64,000 nucleotides of DNA from an uncultured Actinomycetes bacterium (GCA_963767005.1 CAVYCN010000004.1:1-64000); one strand, 5' to 3'; positions 1-9,456 are shown, counted from the stretch's first letter. A program made the numbers and translations. The notes: generated from the letters alone by a model not told the origin.

Positions 1-68
1 TGTGGATCGTGGCAGTCTGGCACGGCCCGCAACTGCCAGACGAGCCCGATGACGTTGAGCGTGGCTAA
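1..68 (+). CDS. C-terminal fragment of a probable RelE/ParE-family toxin (5' end outside window)
   Basis: Frame 3 reads WIVAVWHGPQLPDEPDDVERG*, resembling ParE/RelE C-termini; its TAA lies within GGCTAAC. Confidence 0.45.
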   Translation, partial: WIVAVWHGPQLPDEPDDVERG

Positions 69-139
69 CAAGCGCGTCAACCTGATGCGCCAGAGCGCGC
101 CGAGAAACTGGGAGCGCAGCCCGCAGCGTTTCGTTGGCG
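63..139 (+). mobile_element. Degenerate integron attC-like site
   Basis: GGCTAAC (R''-like), 5-nt spacer, CGTCAACC (L''-like) directly at a stop codon; GTT at 133-135; no clear L' arm. Confidence 0.4.
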
Positions 140-144
140 TCGCA

Positions 145-324
145 GTGAGAGCCGTCGTCCTCGTCGAGGGCGAGAGCGACCGGATCGCGGTCGAGAGGCT
201 CGCTGCTCGCCGGGGCCGCGACCCCGACCTCGAGGGTGAGCTCGTGCGGGCCTTGGGCCCGGAGCGGATGCTCCAGCTCGTCGAGGAGCGGGGCCGCTTC
301 GAGGGATGGAGTCCGACATCGTGA
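145..324 (+). pseudogene. Internally deleted TOPRIM (OLD-type) domain remnant
   Basis: VVLVEGESD TOPRIM motif followed almost immediately by DLEGELVRALG; about 59 aa; overlaps the next gene. Confidence 0.4.
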
Positions 325-818
325 TCCGCGCGGCCCGCCCCGACGACGCCGCCGGCATCGTCGCCGTGCTGAACCCGATCATCGCCGCCGGCGTCTGGAC
401 GACACTCACCGCCGAGCTGACGCAAGACGACGAGCGACGGTACATCGAAAGCTTCCCGTCGCGCGGTCTGTTCTTCGTCGCGGTCACCGACGACGGCACG
501 ATCGTCGGCCTGCAGAGCGTCGAGCCCTTCGACGCCTCCACGCGCGCGTTCGACCACGTCGGCGTGATCGGCACGTTCGTCGACCTCGCCTGGCACCGCC
601 ACGGTGTGGCGAGCGGCCTCTTCGCGACGACGTTCGCGACGGCTCCCGCCAAGGGCTACGAGAAGCTCTTCACCTACATCCGCGCCGACAACGAGGCCGG
701 CCTGGCCGTCTACGCCCGGCACGGTTTCGAGGTCGTCGGCACGGCCCGGCGGCATGCACGGGTTGCGGGGCGGTACGTCGACGAGGTCATGGTCGAACGC
801 TTCCTGGAGACCTCGTAG
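306..818 (+). CDS. GNAT N-acetyltransferase (phosphinothricin acetyltransferase/YncA-like)
   Basis: IRAARPDD, HRHGVA motif A, N..GLAVY..HGF..VG; 170 aa. Confidence 0.9.
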   Translation: MESDIVIRAARPDDAAGIVAVLNPIIAAGVWTTLTAELTQDDERRYIESFPSRGLFFVAVTDDGTIVGLQSVEPFDASTRAFDHVGVIGTFVDLAWHRHGVASGLFATTFATAPAKGYEKLFTYIRADNEAGLAVYARHGFEVVGTARRHARVAGRYVDEVMVERFLETS

Positions 819-981
819 CGGCGCCACACGAGAGTAGACTGGCCGTGAAAGAACCGCGCCGGCGACCGGTCTCAGCAGACGTCGGATCGGGGCCGTCGAA
901 CACGCCGTCGTCGACGGCCGCCCGACTCCGGTGCCGCCGACGACCGACGTGCACCGGCTCGCGTTCCACGAAGGGGGCGAC

Positions 982-3078
982 ATGGGCCGACGGTTTGTCA
1001 CACTGGTGGCGGCGTGTGTGATGCTCCTGCTCGCCGTGGTCTCGCTCTCGTGTCTGGCGCCCGGCGCGGCGCGCGCCGACGACTCGTCGATCGGCACGGT
1101 CGGCGGCAGCGTCCATCCGATCTGGAACACCGGCGTGCGCCTCGCGGCCGAGACCGTGCAGGCCACCTGCTTCGGCGACTTCGCCGAGTACCGCGTCGAC
1201 TTCGAGTTCGAAAACGACGGGCCGGCGCGCACCGTCAAGCTCGGTTTTCCGTTCACGACCACCGGCTACGGCGAGGAGGGTGCGTCGACCCCGGTCGGCT
1301 TTCAGGCCTGGCAGGACGGCCGGCCACTCGCGGTGACCACAGTGGCGTCGGACTGGAACCAGAAGGGTCGTGTCGGCTACTACGTGCACACAGCGCACTT
1401 CCGTCACGGCACGACCATGATCACGGTGAGCTACCTCGCGTCGCCCGGGGGCGTGGCTGTGGCTCGTCGCCGCGGAGACCAGAGCCCCAGCGCGGGCGTC
1501 AGCAACGACTACCAGTACTGGCTGCATACCGGGGCGACGTGGCAGGGCACGATCGGCAAGGCCGTCGTTCGCTACCGGCTCGCCGACACGTTTTGCGGCA
1601 TCGACATCGATCTGCCCGCCTCCGATGTCGCCAAGAACGCCGCCGTGACGTCGCGCGGCTGGACGACGCCGCTGCCACGCACCTACCAGTGGCAGTTCGA
1701 CGACTTCGAGCCGACGACTGCCGCGCGCGCTCACAGCTGGTGGGTCTCGCAGTCCCCCTACGACATCACCCTGGGGTTCTCCACCCCCGTGACCGGCGGC
1801 ACGAACGACCCGAAGTGGACCGCGTCGAGTGCGGCCGGCGGAGCATCGGGCAGCTTCTCCGCGAGCAGCCTGAGCGACTTCGGCACGTGGGCAGAGGGCG
1901 TCCCCGGCCTCGGAGTCGGCCAGTGGGTCGAGGCGCACTTCAAGCACGCGGTGCGCGTGCGCGAGTTGCGTATCCTGCCGGGCGACACGGCGTATGACTC
2001 GGCCTTCGACCGCTACGCCCGCCCCCGCGCACTGCTTGCGGTGTTTTCCAACGGCACGTCGAAGCTGCTGCACTTTCGGGATGCCCCCAGCCTGCAGCGC
2101 TTCCCCGTCGACGTGACCACGCGCTGGGTGCGTCTCGTCATCCGCTCCGTCTACCGTGGCACCGACTACCCGGCCACGTGCATCTCGGACGTGGAGTTCG
2201 GCACGCAGCGTGCCCCGGGCTATGCCCCGTTCCCCCGCCTGATCGATGATCCCACCGCGACGGGCACGCTGCCGGCGTGGGCGGGACCGCCGGCCCCGAC
2301 GCCACGCGGCTCGCTTGGCCGTCTCGGCCAGCAGCAGGCGTGGAACGTCGACAGCGATCACGAGCCGACCGACTTCAGGGCCCTCGAAGACTACCAGGAC
2401 TACACGGGCGGCGACCTGATCGGCGTGAGCGCCTGGGCGGTCGATCAGGGCTTCCCGGCCGACGCGCCGTTCGGGCAGCCGTCGTCGCCGGCAGCTCTCC
2501 GCGCCATGGACCCGACGCTGCGGCTGCCCGCCGCGCGCCTCGTCGGGCGGGTGACCGCCGTGTACGCCCTCTCGTACCAGACGTTCGAGGTCAGCTACTC
2601 GAGCGGCGTCGACCTGCTTGTCAACACGCGAGCGGGCGACTGGACGGTCACCCCGCTGGCGGCGGCCAGACGAGACGAGACGCAGATCATGGACGACTAC
2701 GAGGACGGGCGCGCCCACCCGTTCGACATCGGACTCATCGGCGGGAAGGAGGTCGGGCTCGCTCAGCCCGGCACCGTGCCGCCGAGCTCCGGCGAGGCGG
2801 GCTACAAGGTGCCCGGGGAGCTGTTCTGGTACGCCGGCGGCGTCTCGTACCACCTGTACGCCCCCGCCGACTCGTGGACGACCGGGACGATCGTCGCCGC
2901 CGCCCGCTCCATGATCCTGCCGCCGGTGGCCCGTCCGAAGCCGCAGCCGAAGCCGGCGGGGAACGCATGGTGGCCACCCGTGGCCGGCGTCGGGATCTTC
3001 GCCGGCATCGTCGCCGCCGTTCTGGCGAGTGCGCGTCGCCGACGCGCCCTGCCGGCGTTCTCCGACACGGGGCGATGA
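982..3078 (+). CDS. Secreted, C-terminally anchored protein with DUF4424-like domain and NADase-type discoidin-like domain
   Basis: SD AAGGGGG before ATG 982; signal peptide ending ARA; VDFEFEN..LGFP and Y.LHTGA.W.G.IG (DUF4424-like); WAEGVPG.GVGQW...VYRGT...TCISDVEF; C-terminal TM plus RRRR. Confidence 0.7.
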   Translation: MGRRFVTLVAACVMLLLAVVSLSCLAPGAARADDSSIGTVGGSVHPIWNTGVRLAAETVQATCFGDFAEYRVDFEFENDGPARTVKLGFPFTTTGYGEEGASTPVGFQAWQDGRPLAVTTVASDWNQKGRVGYYVHTAHFRHGTTMITVSYLASPGGVAVARRRGDQSPSAGVSNDYQYWLHTGATWQGTIGKAVVRYRLADTFCGIDIDLPASDVAKNAAVTSRGWTTPLPRTYQWQFDDFEPTTAARAHSWWVSQSPYDITLGFSTPVTGGTNDPKWTASSAAGGASGSFSASSLSDFGTWAEGVPGLGVGQWVEAHFKHAVRVRELRILPGDTAYDSAFDRYARPRALLAVFSNGTSKLLHFRDAPSLQRFPVDVTTRWVRLVIRSVYRGTDYPATCISDVEFGTQRAPGYAPFPRLIDDPTATGTLPAWAGPPAPTPRGSLGRLGQQQAWNVDSDHEPTDFRALEDYQDYTGGDLIGVSAWAVDQGFPADAPFGQPSSPAALRAMDPTLRLPAARLVGRVTAVYALSYQTFEVSYSSGVDLLVNTRAGDWTVTPLAAARRDETQIMDDYEDGRAHPFDIGLIGGKEVGLAQPGTVPPSSGEAGYKVPGELFWYAGGVSYHLYAPADSWTTGTIVAAARSMILPPVARPKPQPKPAGNAWWPPVAGVGIFAGIVAAVLASARRRRALPAFSDTGR

Positions 3079-3668
3079 ATCGCGCGACGAGATCGGCCGA
3101 CCGAGGCCCCGGGGCGTCGGGTGAGGTCGCAAGCGTCACCCTGCGCCCTGCGCGTCCGGCCGACGCGATCGCCGTTGCGGCCGTGCACGCCGCCTCCGTC
3201 ATGGGCGAGCGCGGCCGCGGCGACTACGACGACCGCCAGATCGACAGCTGGGCGTCGCGCCACACCCCCGAGCAACTGGCGAGGCGCATGAGCACGCGGG
3301 TCTTCGTCGTCGCCGAGACCGGCGACGACCTCGTCGCCTACGGCCAGCTCGATGTCGCCAGCGGTGTGCTGCGGTCGCTGCACGTCGTGCCCGAATGGCA
3401 GCGCAAGGGCGTCGGCCGCAAGGTCGCCGAGGATCTGCTGGCGGCGGCCCGCGCGGCGGGGCTGTCGACCGTCGCGCTCGACGCGTCGCTCAACGCCGTC
3501 GGCTTCTACCGCTCGCTCGGCTTCGACGAGCTCGCCCGCCTCGACCACCCGCTTGCGGACGCGTCGTCCCTCACCTGCGTGCGCATGGCGAAGCGACTGG
3601 ATAGCGCGGGTGAGCCGGCGCCGACCGGCGGGCCGGCGCCGGCCGGGCGCGACCCCATCGCGCCGTGA
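3075..3668 (+). CDS. GNAT acetyltransferase (YafP-like)
   Basis: ATGA overlap with upstream stop; VPEWQRKGVG, ASLNAVGFY..LGF. Confidence 0.88.
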   Translation: MNRATRSADRGPGASGEVASVTLRPARPADAIAVAAVHAASVMGERGRGDYDDRQIDSWASRHTPEQLARRMSTRVFVVAETGDDLVAYGQLDVASGVLRSLHVVPEWQRKGVGRKVAEDLLAAARAAGLSTVALDASLNAVGFYRSLGFDELARLDHPLADASSLTCVRMAKRLDSAGEPAPTGGPAPAGRDPIAP

Positions 3669-4144
3669 CCGACCTCGAGATCGCGCTGCTGGCCGACCAT
3701 CCCGAAGCGATCGCCGTCGTCGCCGAGTGGTTCGCGCGGGAGTGGGGCGAACTTGGCCCGGAGCACGACGCGGCGGCCTACCGCCGCTCGCTGCCCACGC
3801 GCGCGGACCGCGATCGTCCGCCCATCTGCCTGCTCGGCCTGGCCGACGGCAAGCCGCTGGCCACCGCCACCCTCAAGTTCCGCGAGATCGAGTACGCCGC
3901 CGACGCCGACTTCTGGCTCGGCTCGGTGTATGTGCGCGAGGACGCTCGCGGTCGCGGCTACGGCCGCGTCATCGTCGCCGCAGCCGTCAGCCTGGCGACG
4001 ACAAAGGGCTTCACGCCGCTCTACCTCTATACGCCAGCCAAGCGCGCGCTGTACGAGCACCTCGGCTGGCGCATCGTCGGCGCGACCGTGGCCGACGGCA
4101 AGCCGTCGACGGTCATGCGATACACGGCCGGCGTTCGCCGCTGA
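3665..4144 (+). CDS. GNAT acetyltransferase
   Basis: GTGA overlap; WLGSVYV...ARGRGYG; LYEHLGW. Confidence 0.9.
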   Translation: MTDLEIALLADHPEAIAVVAEWFAREWGELGPEHDAAAYRRSLPTRADRDRPPICLLGLADGKPLATATLKFREIEYAADADFWLGSVYVREDARGRGYGRVIVAAAVSLATTKGFTPLYLYTPAKRALYEHLGWRIVGATVADGKPSTVMRYTAGVRR

Positions 4145-4242
4145 CCCCCACGGGCGATGGCGAGTGGAGCTCGTCCGGCCGCACGACGCAAAGCCGACTC
4201 AGCAGGCCGATATACTCGCGGGCACCGTACAAGGGGCAGCGC

Positions 4243-4740
4243 GTGGCCGACACGACGAGGACGACCCGACCGCCAAGCTACGAGGTCAGCGACAGGCTGA
4301 CCGCCGAGCAAGCAGACGAGCTGCTGCGCCTGTATCGCGGCGAGTGGTGGAGCCGGCGCCGCACGAGCGGCGACGTGGCGCGGCTGCTCGCGGGGTCCGA
4401 CCTGATCGTGGCGCTCGTCGAGGCGCAGAGCCGGTCGCTCGCCGCATTTGCGCGGGTGGTGACCGACGGCGTCTGTCTCGCCCTCATCCTCGACGTGATC
4501 GTGGCGCCCGGGCACCGCGGCCGCGGGGTCGGACGGCTGCTCATGGACAGCGTGCTCGCGCAGGCCGCGCTGCGCGACGTGGTGAGCGTCGAGCTCGTCT
4601 GCCAGCCGGAGCTCGTGCCGTTCTATGCGAAGTGGGGCTTCACCGACGAGGTCGGGCGATCGCGCCTGATGCGGCGCACGACCGACCCGACCCTGGCTGG
4701 GGGCGCCAAAGACGCCGGCGCGCAGGGACGACCTGCGTGA
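4243..4740 (+). CDS. GNAT acetyltransferase
   Basis: GTG 4243 after AAGGGG, TATACT at 4211-4216; FARVVTD, DVIV.PGHRGRGVG, FYAKWGF. Confidence 0.88.
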   Translation: MADTTRTTRPPSYEVSDRLTAEQADELLRLYRGEWWSRRRTSGDVARLLAGSDLIVALVEAQSRSLAAFARVVTDGVCLALILDVIVAPGHRGRGVGRLLMDSVLAQAALRDVVSVELVCQPELVPFYAKWGFTDEVGRSRLMRRTTDPTLAGGAKDAGAQGRPA

Positions 4741-4857
4741 CCCACGCGCGGGGGCCCCGACCGGCGCGGCGCGGGTTTCGCGGCGACCGCCGACGCGGCA
4801 CCCTACTGTCATGACCGACCGCAGCTACTCGATCAGCGCGACGTCGCGCGAGCACGC

Positions 4858-5472
4858 GTGAACGAGCAGGCCTACTTCGAGCAAGCCTACAGCGCCGGCG
4901 CGCCGCCCTGGGACATCGGCGAGCCTCAGCCCGGCTTCGCCGAAGCCGGCCGGCGCGGCTGGGTGCGGGGCCGCGTGCTCGACGCCGGCTGCGGCACCGG
5001 TGAGCACGCCATCCACTTCGCGGAGCAGGGCCTGGAGGTCGTCGGGGTGGACGTGGTGCCGGCGGCGATCGAGCGGGCGGCCGCAAAGGCGGCCGCCCGC
5101 TCGATCGCCGCGCCCCCGGTGTTCGTCGTCGCCGACCTGCTGCGCGAGCCCGACGCGCTCGCCAGTCGCCGGTTCGACACCGTAATCGACATGGGCTTCT
5201 TCCACACCTTGAGCGACGAACAACGGGTCGTGTGGCGCGGCGTGCTGTCGGGCCTGATCGTGCCCGGCGGTCACTACGTGATGATGTGCTTTTCCGATCT
5301 CGTGCCCGGGACGTGCGGGCCACGCCGCATCGCCGAGGCTGACGTACGCGCCACCTTCGCCGATGAGACCGGCCTTCGCGTGGTCGACCTGGAGCGCGCG
5401 TCGCTCCTGTCTCTGCGCGAAGGCGCCCGGCAGCCGGTCCCGGCCTGGCTCGCCCGGATCGAGCGCACATGA
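4858..5472 (+). CDS. Class I SAM-dependent methyltransferase
   Basis: PPWDIGEPQP, VLDAGCGTG, FDTVIDMGFFH. Confidence 0.9.
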   Translation: MNEQAYFEQAYSAGAPPWDIGEPQPGFAEAGRRGWVRGRVLDAGCGTGEHAIHFAEQGLEVVGVDVVPAAIERAAAKAAARSIAAPPVFVVADLLREPDALASRRFDTVIDMGFFHTLSDEQRVVWRGVLSGLIVPGGHYVMMCFSDLVPGTCGPRRIAEADVRATFADETGLRVVDLERASLLSLREGARQPVPAWLARIERT

Positions 5473-5539
5473 GCGCGTCCGCGATCCTGCCGTGCCGGAC
5501 GGCCGTCGAGGGACGGACATCCATCAGCGCGAGGTACCG

Positions 5540-6169
5540 GTGAGCGATCGAGGTCGCGACCGCGACGTGGCTCGCTTCGGCCGCTGGGCCGCCTCGTACA
5601 ACGAGTCGGCGCTGCAGCGCATCGTCTTCGAGCCGCTCCAGGAGGCGACGCTCGCCGAGGCTGCCCGCGAGCTGCCCGCACCGCGCGCCGTGCTCGACAT
5701 CGGCTGCGGCACCGGCCTGCTGCTCGCCCGGGCCGCTGAGCGGTTCCCGGATGCGCGGCTTGCCGGCATCGACGCGGCCGAGGAGATGGTTGCCGTGGCG
5801 CGCTCCACGACACCGGCCGGTGCGTCCGTGACCTTCGAGCACGCCACCGCCGAGCATCTTCCGTTCGAGCCGGCCACGTTCGACCTCGCGCTCACCACGA
5901 TGTCGTTCCACCATTGGGCCGACCAGCCGGCCGCCCTCGCCGAGGTCCGCCGGGTGCTCGTGCCGGGCGGCGTGTTCGTGCTGACCGACGCCTTTCCCAC
6001 GGGCCGGCTGCGCTGGCTCTTCTCGCGCCGGCGGCATGGGCGGTTCAACCGCCCCGGCGATCTCATGGTGATGCTGCGCTCCGCCGGGCTGCCTCTGGTG
6101 CGCCACGCGCCGCTGCGGCGGTTCGGCGGCACGGTGCAGGTCGTGGTGGCGCGGGCCGACGGCGCCTGA
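5540..6169 (+). CDS. Class I SAM-dependent methyltransferase (Methyltransf_11 type)
   Basis: GTG 5540 after GAGG; VLDIGCGTG, LPF..FDL, FHHW, RVLVPGG. Confidence 0.88.
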   Translation: MSDRGRDRDVARFGRWAASYNESALQRIVFEPLQEATLAEAARELPAPRAVLDIGCGTGLLLARAAERFPDARLAGIDAAEEMVAVARSTTPAGASVTFEHATAEHLPFEPATFDLALTTMSFHHWADQPAALAEVRRVLVPGGVFVLTDAFPTGRLRWLFSRRRHGRFNRPGDLMVMLRSAGLPLVRHAPLRRFGGTVQVVVARADGA

Positions 6170-6195
6170 GCGGCGGGTGGGTCGCCGCCCGGGAT

Positions 6196-6639
6196 CTACG
6201 GCTCGAGCAGCTCGAAGCCGGTCGCCGCGTCGCGGCGCCGCAGCCCCTGGTTGCCGAGGAGCTCGATCACGACGACCTCGCCGACGACCCACGTCGTCAC
6301 GCCCCGCCGGATGCAGCCGGCGATGACGCGATCGTCGCGGCCGAAGGCGGCGTGCAGATGCAGGCGAGGCCGGCCGTCCGCGTCGGGGAAGAGCGTGCCG
6401 ACGCCGGCCATCTCGTGGACGCCGCGCAGGACGCGCTCGATCGGTTCGATCACGGCCGCGCGGCCGTCTTCGGGACCGACGACGACGCGGCTGCCGTCGT
6501 CGACGCCGCCGAGCACGAGCACCGCGGCGCGCGCCACCGCCTCGCCGCGCGCGAGCTCTTCGATTGCCTCGTGCACCACGTCGCCGTCGTCGAGGCGCAG
6601 CACGAAGACCCGCCCGAGCTCGGCCGTCGAGTACCTCAC
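6196..6639 (-). CDS. PPC/DUF296 domain protein
   Basis: GRVFVLRLDDGD, GVGTL, LHLHAAFG; probable GTG start at 6639. Confidence 0.85.
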   Translation of the reverse strand: MRYSTAELGRVFVLRLDDGDVVHEAIEELARGEAVARAAVLVLGGVDDGSRVVVGPEDGRAAVIEPIERVLRGVHEMAGVGTLFPDADGRPRLHLHAAFGRDDRVIAGCIRRGVTTWVVGEVVVIELLGNQGLRRRDAATGFELLEP

Positions 6640-6750
6640 CGTTCCCGCTCCTCTATCTCGCTTGCGCGGCCGCGGGGCGGCCGGTCGTGAGAGCCGCATG
6701 GTAGCACTCCGCACGACGTGGACACGCCACCGACCCGAGTGTCGTCCATG

Positions 6751-6765
6751 TGCTAGCGTGGCGGC
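6751..6765 (+). promoter_or_regulatory. Extended -10 promoter, probable leaderless rlmKL mRNA
   Basis: TGc-TAGCGT (6754-6759) 6 nt before ATG 6766, no SD. Confidence 0.55.
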
Positions 6766-9366
6766 ATGACGCCGATCGACTCAACCGACCCGCGGTTCTT
6801 CGCCACGGCCGCCCGCGGCGCCGAGACCCCGCTGGCCGACGAGGTGCGGGACATCGCGCGCGCTGGAGCCGCCGGTGCCCGCGACGACGTCCGGTCGCCC
6901 GGCGCGGCGGCAGGCGGCAAGCCCGGCATCGCCCGCGCCGAGCCCCGCGCGGCGGCAGGCGGCGCGGCCGACACCGTGCGGGTCGAGCGCGGCGGAGTCT
7001 CGTTCGGCGGCGACCTGGCGCTCGGCTACGGCGTCTGCCTGTGGTCGCGCCTCGCCCAGCGCGTGCTGCTGCAGCTTGCCGTCATCCCGCTGGGCGGCGA
7101 CCCCGACGCTCTCTGGGCGGGCCTTGCCGCCGTCGACTGGAGCGAGCACATCGCACCCGACGGCACGCTGGCCGTCGACTTCGTAGGCCAGGGCAGGGCG
7201 GCGGGCGTCACCAACACGCTCTTCGGAGCCCAGCGCGTCAAGGACGTGATCGTCGACCAGCTTCGCGCCCGCCACGGCCAACGCCCCTCGGTCGACCTCC
7301 TGCGCCCCGACCTGCGCGTCAACGTGCACGTCGACGGGCGCGAGGCTGTCGTCGCCGTCGACCTGTCCGGCGAGAGTCTCCACCGGCGGGGCTACCGCGC
7401 CCCGGGCGAGCAGGTCGTGGCCCCACTGAAGGAGACGCTCGCCGCAGCCATCCTCGTGCGCGCCGGCTGGCCGCAGGTCGCGGCGGCCGGGGGCAGCGTG
7501 GTGGACCCGCTCTGCGGGTCGGGCACGCTGCCACTCGAGGCCGCCCTCATGGCCGCCGATGTCGCCCCCGGCCTGCTGCGCGAGGCGGCCGGGCCCGATG
7601 GGCCGCGCTGGGGGTTCACCGGCTGGCGCGGCCACGACGCCGGGCTCTGGGAGCGGCTCGTGGCGCAGGCGGGCGAGCGCCGCACAGCGGCGCTCGCCCG
7701 CCTGCGCGCCGCGCGCTCTCGCTCCGGCGGCGCCACGGCGCCGCTCGCCTTCGGGTTCGACCGCGACGGCCGCGCCGTCGAGCTCGCACGGGCGGCCGTC
7801 GCCCGCGCCGGTCTGCAGGAGCTCGTGCGCATCGAGGGCCGCGAGCTTGCGGACCTCGCGCGCCCGGCCGAGCTCGACCGGGGCGCGAGCGGCCTCGTGG
7901 TGACCAACCCCCCCTACGGTCACCGCCTGGGCGCCGACGCCGCGCCGCGGCGGTCGTCGCGCCAGGCGGCCGGGCGAGCGACGGGCACCCCGGCGGCCGG
8001 CGGCAGCGCCGACCCGGCGCTCGTCGCGCTCTACGAGCTCCTCGGCGAGCGGCTCCGCGTCGAGTTTCCGGGCTGGAACGCGGCCGTGCTGGTCGCCGAC
8101 CTCGAGCTCGGCAAGCGTCTCGGCATGCTGGCCCGCCGCGCGAACCGCCTGATGAACGGCCCCCTGCCCTGCACCCTGCTGCGCTTCGACCTCGGCGGGC
8201 GGACCACGGCGGGCAGGGCCGGCAGCGAGACCCGGACCGGCGTGCCGGCGGGATCGACTCCCCGGGTGGGCACGCCGGCGGGATCGACCCCACGTGAGGG
8301 CGCGCCGGCGCGCTCGCCGGCGCCGGACGCAGCGGCCATGCGACCGGCGCCACCCGCCCGCCGCGACGAGGCCCAGGGCTCGCCCCGCCCCGCGCGCGGC
8401 GAGTCGCCGGCGCTCGCCGCAGCCCTCGAGCAGTTCGCGAACCGCCTGAGCAAGAACGCGCGCCACTGGGGCCGGCTCATGCGTCGCGCCGGCGTGCGCT
8501 GCTACCGCGTCTACGACGCCGACCTGCCCGACTTCTCCCTCGCCGTCGACCTGTACGAGCGCTGGGTGCACGTGCAGGAGTACGCGCCGCCGCCCGAGGT
8601 CGACGTCGAGCTGGCGAAGGCCCGGCTCGACGCGGCCCTGCGTGTCGTCCCCGAGGTGCTCGGGGTGGCGCCGGCCGACGTGTTCCTCAAGGTGCGGGCC
8701 CGTCAGCGCGGCGCGGTGCAGTACGGCCGCCAGGCGGCGCACGGCGTCGAGCACGCCGTCCACGAGGGCGACCTGCGCTTCCTCGTCAACCTCACCGACT
8801 ACCTCGACACCGGCCTGTTCCTGCAGGGACGCGAAGTGCGCCGCCTCCTCGCCGGCCTGGCGACCGGCCAGCGGTTCCTCAACCTCTTCGGCTACACGGG
8901 GACCGCCACCGTGGCCGCAGCTCGCGGCGGCGCGGCCGACACGACCACCGTCGACCTGAACGACCGCTACCTGGCCTGGGCGCAGCGCAACTTCTCGCTC
9001 AACAAGCTCAAGCCGGCGCGCAACGCCGTCGTCGAGGCCGACGTCCTGCGCTGGATCGCCGAGGCCGAGGGCGGGTTCGGCCTGATCTACCTCGACCCGC
9101 CGACGTTCTCGAACTCCAAGAGGATGGGGCGCGCCACCTTCGACGTGCGGCGCGACCACGCCGACCTGATCCGGCTCGTGACCCGCCGGCTGCTCACCCC
9201 CGGCGGCGTGCTCGTCTTCGCCTGCAACGCCCGGCGCTTCACGCTCGATGCCGACGGACTCGCCGCCGACTTCGAGCTCGAGGACCTGTCGGCGGCGACC
9301 CTGCCGCCCGACTTCGCGCGGCGCGCCCGCTCGCACCACGTCTGGCGCGTGACGGCGCGCCGCTGA
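6766..9366 (+). CDS. rlmL: Bifunctional 23S rRNA methyltransferase RlmKL
   Basis: THUMP region, DLSGESLHRRGYR, DPLCGSGT, TNPPYG, then YRVYDADLP, DYLDTGLF, FLNLFGYTG, DPPTFSNSK. Confidence 0.95.
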   Translation: MTPIDSTDPRFFATAARGAETPLADEVRDIARAGAAGARDDVRSPGAAAGGKPGIARAEPRAAAGGAADTVRVERGGVSFGGDLALGYGVCLWSRLAQRVLLQLAVIPLGGDPDALWAGLAAVDWSEHIAPDGTLAVDFVGQGRAAGVTNTLFGAQRVKDVIVDQLRARHGQRPSVDLLRPDLRVNVHVDGREAVVAVDLSGESLHRRGYRAPGEQVVAPLKETLAAAILVRAGWPQVAAAGGSVVDPLCGSGTLPLEAALMAADVAPGLLREAAGPDGPRWGFTGWRGHDAGLWERLVAQAGERRTAALARLRAARSRSGGATAPLAFGFDRDGRAVELARAAVARAGLQELVRIEGRELADLARPAELDRGASGLVVTNPPYGHRLGADAAPRRSSRQAAGRATGTPAAGGSADPALVALYELLGERLRVEFPGWNAAVLVADLELGKRLGMLARRANRLMNGPLPCTLLRFDLGGRTTAGRAGSETRTGVPAGSTPRVGTPAGSTPREGAPARSPAPDAAAMRPAPPARRDEAQGSPRPARGESPALAAALEQFANRLSKNARHWGRLMRRAGVRCYRVYDADLPDFSLAVDLYERWVHVQEYAPPPEVDVELAKARLDAALRVVPEVLGVAPADVFLKVRARQRGAVQYGRQAAHGVEHAVHEGDLRFLVNLTDYLDTGLFLQGREVRRLLAGLATGQRFLNLFGYTGTATVAAARGGAADTTTVDLNDRYLAWAQRNFSLNKLKPARNAVVEADVLRWIAEAEGGFGLIYLDPPTFSNSKRMGRATFDVRRDHADLIRLVTRRLLTPGGVLVFACNARRFTLDADGLAADFELEDLSAATLPPDFARRARSHHVWRVTARR
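8239..8310 (+). repeat. 30-nt tandem repeat (about 2.4 copies) in the rlmKL linker
   Basis: Encodes GVPAGSTPRV-GTPAGSTPRE-GAPA. Confidence 0.75.
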
Positions 9367-9456
9367 AGCCTTCAGCCGACCGGCAGCGCACTCCGACGCC
9401 GGCCCGAGCCCGGGTCCGACTTCAGCGCGGGAGCCTGCCGCAGCGCGCGCCGGCCG

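Noticed and set aside
819-5540. attC sites between the GNAT and methyltransferase genes
   Set aside because: No RYYYAAC...GTT pairs seen; several genes overlap directly.
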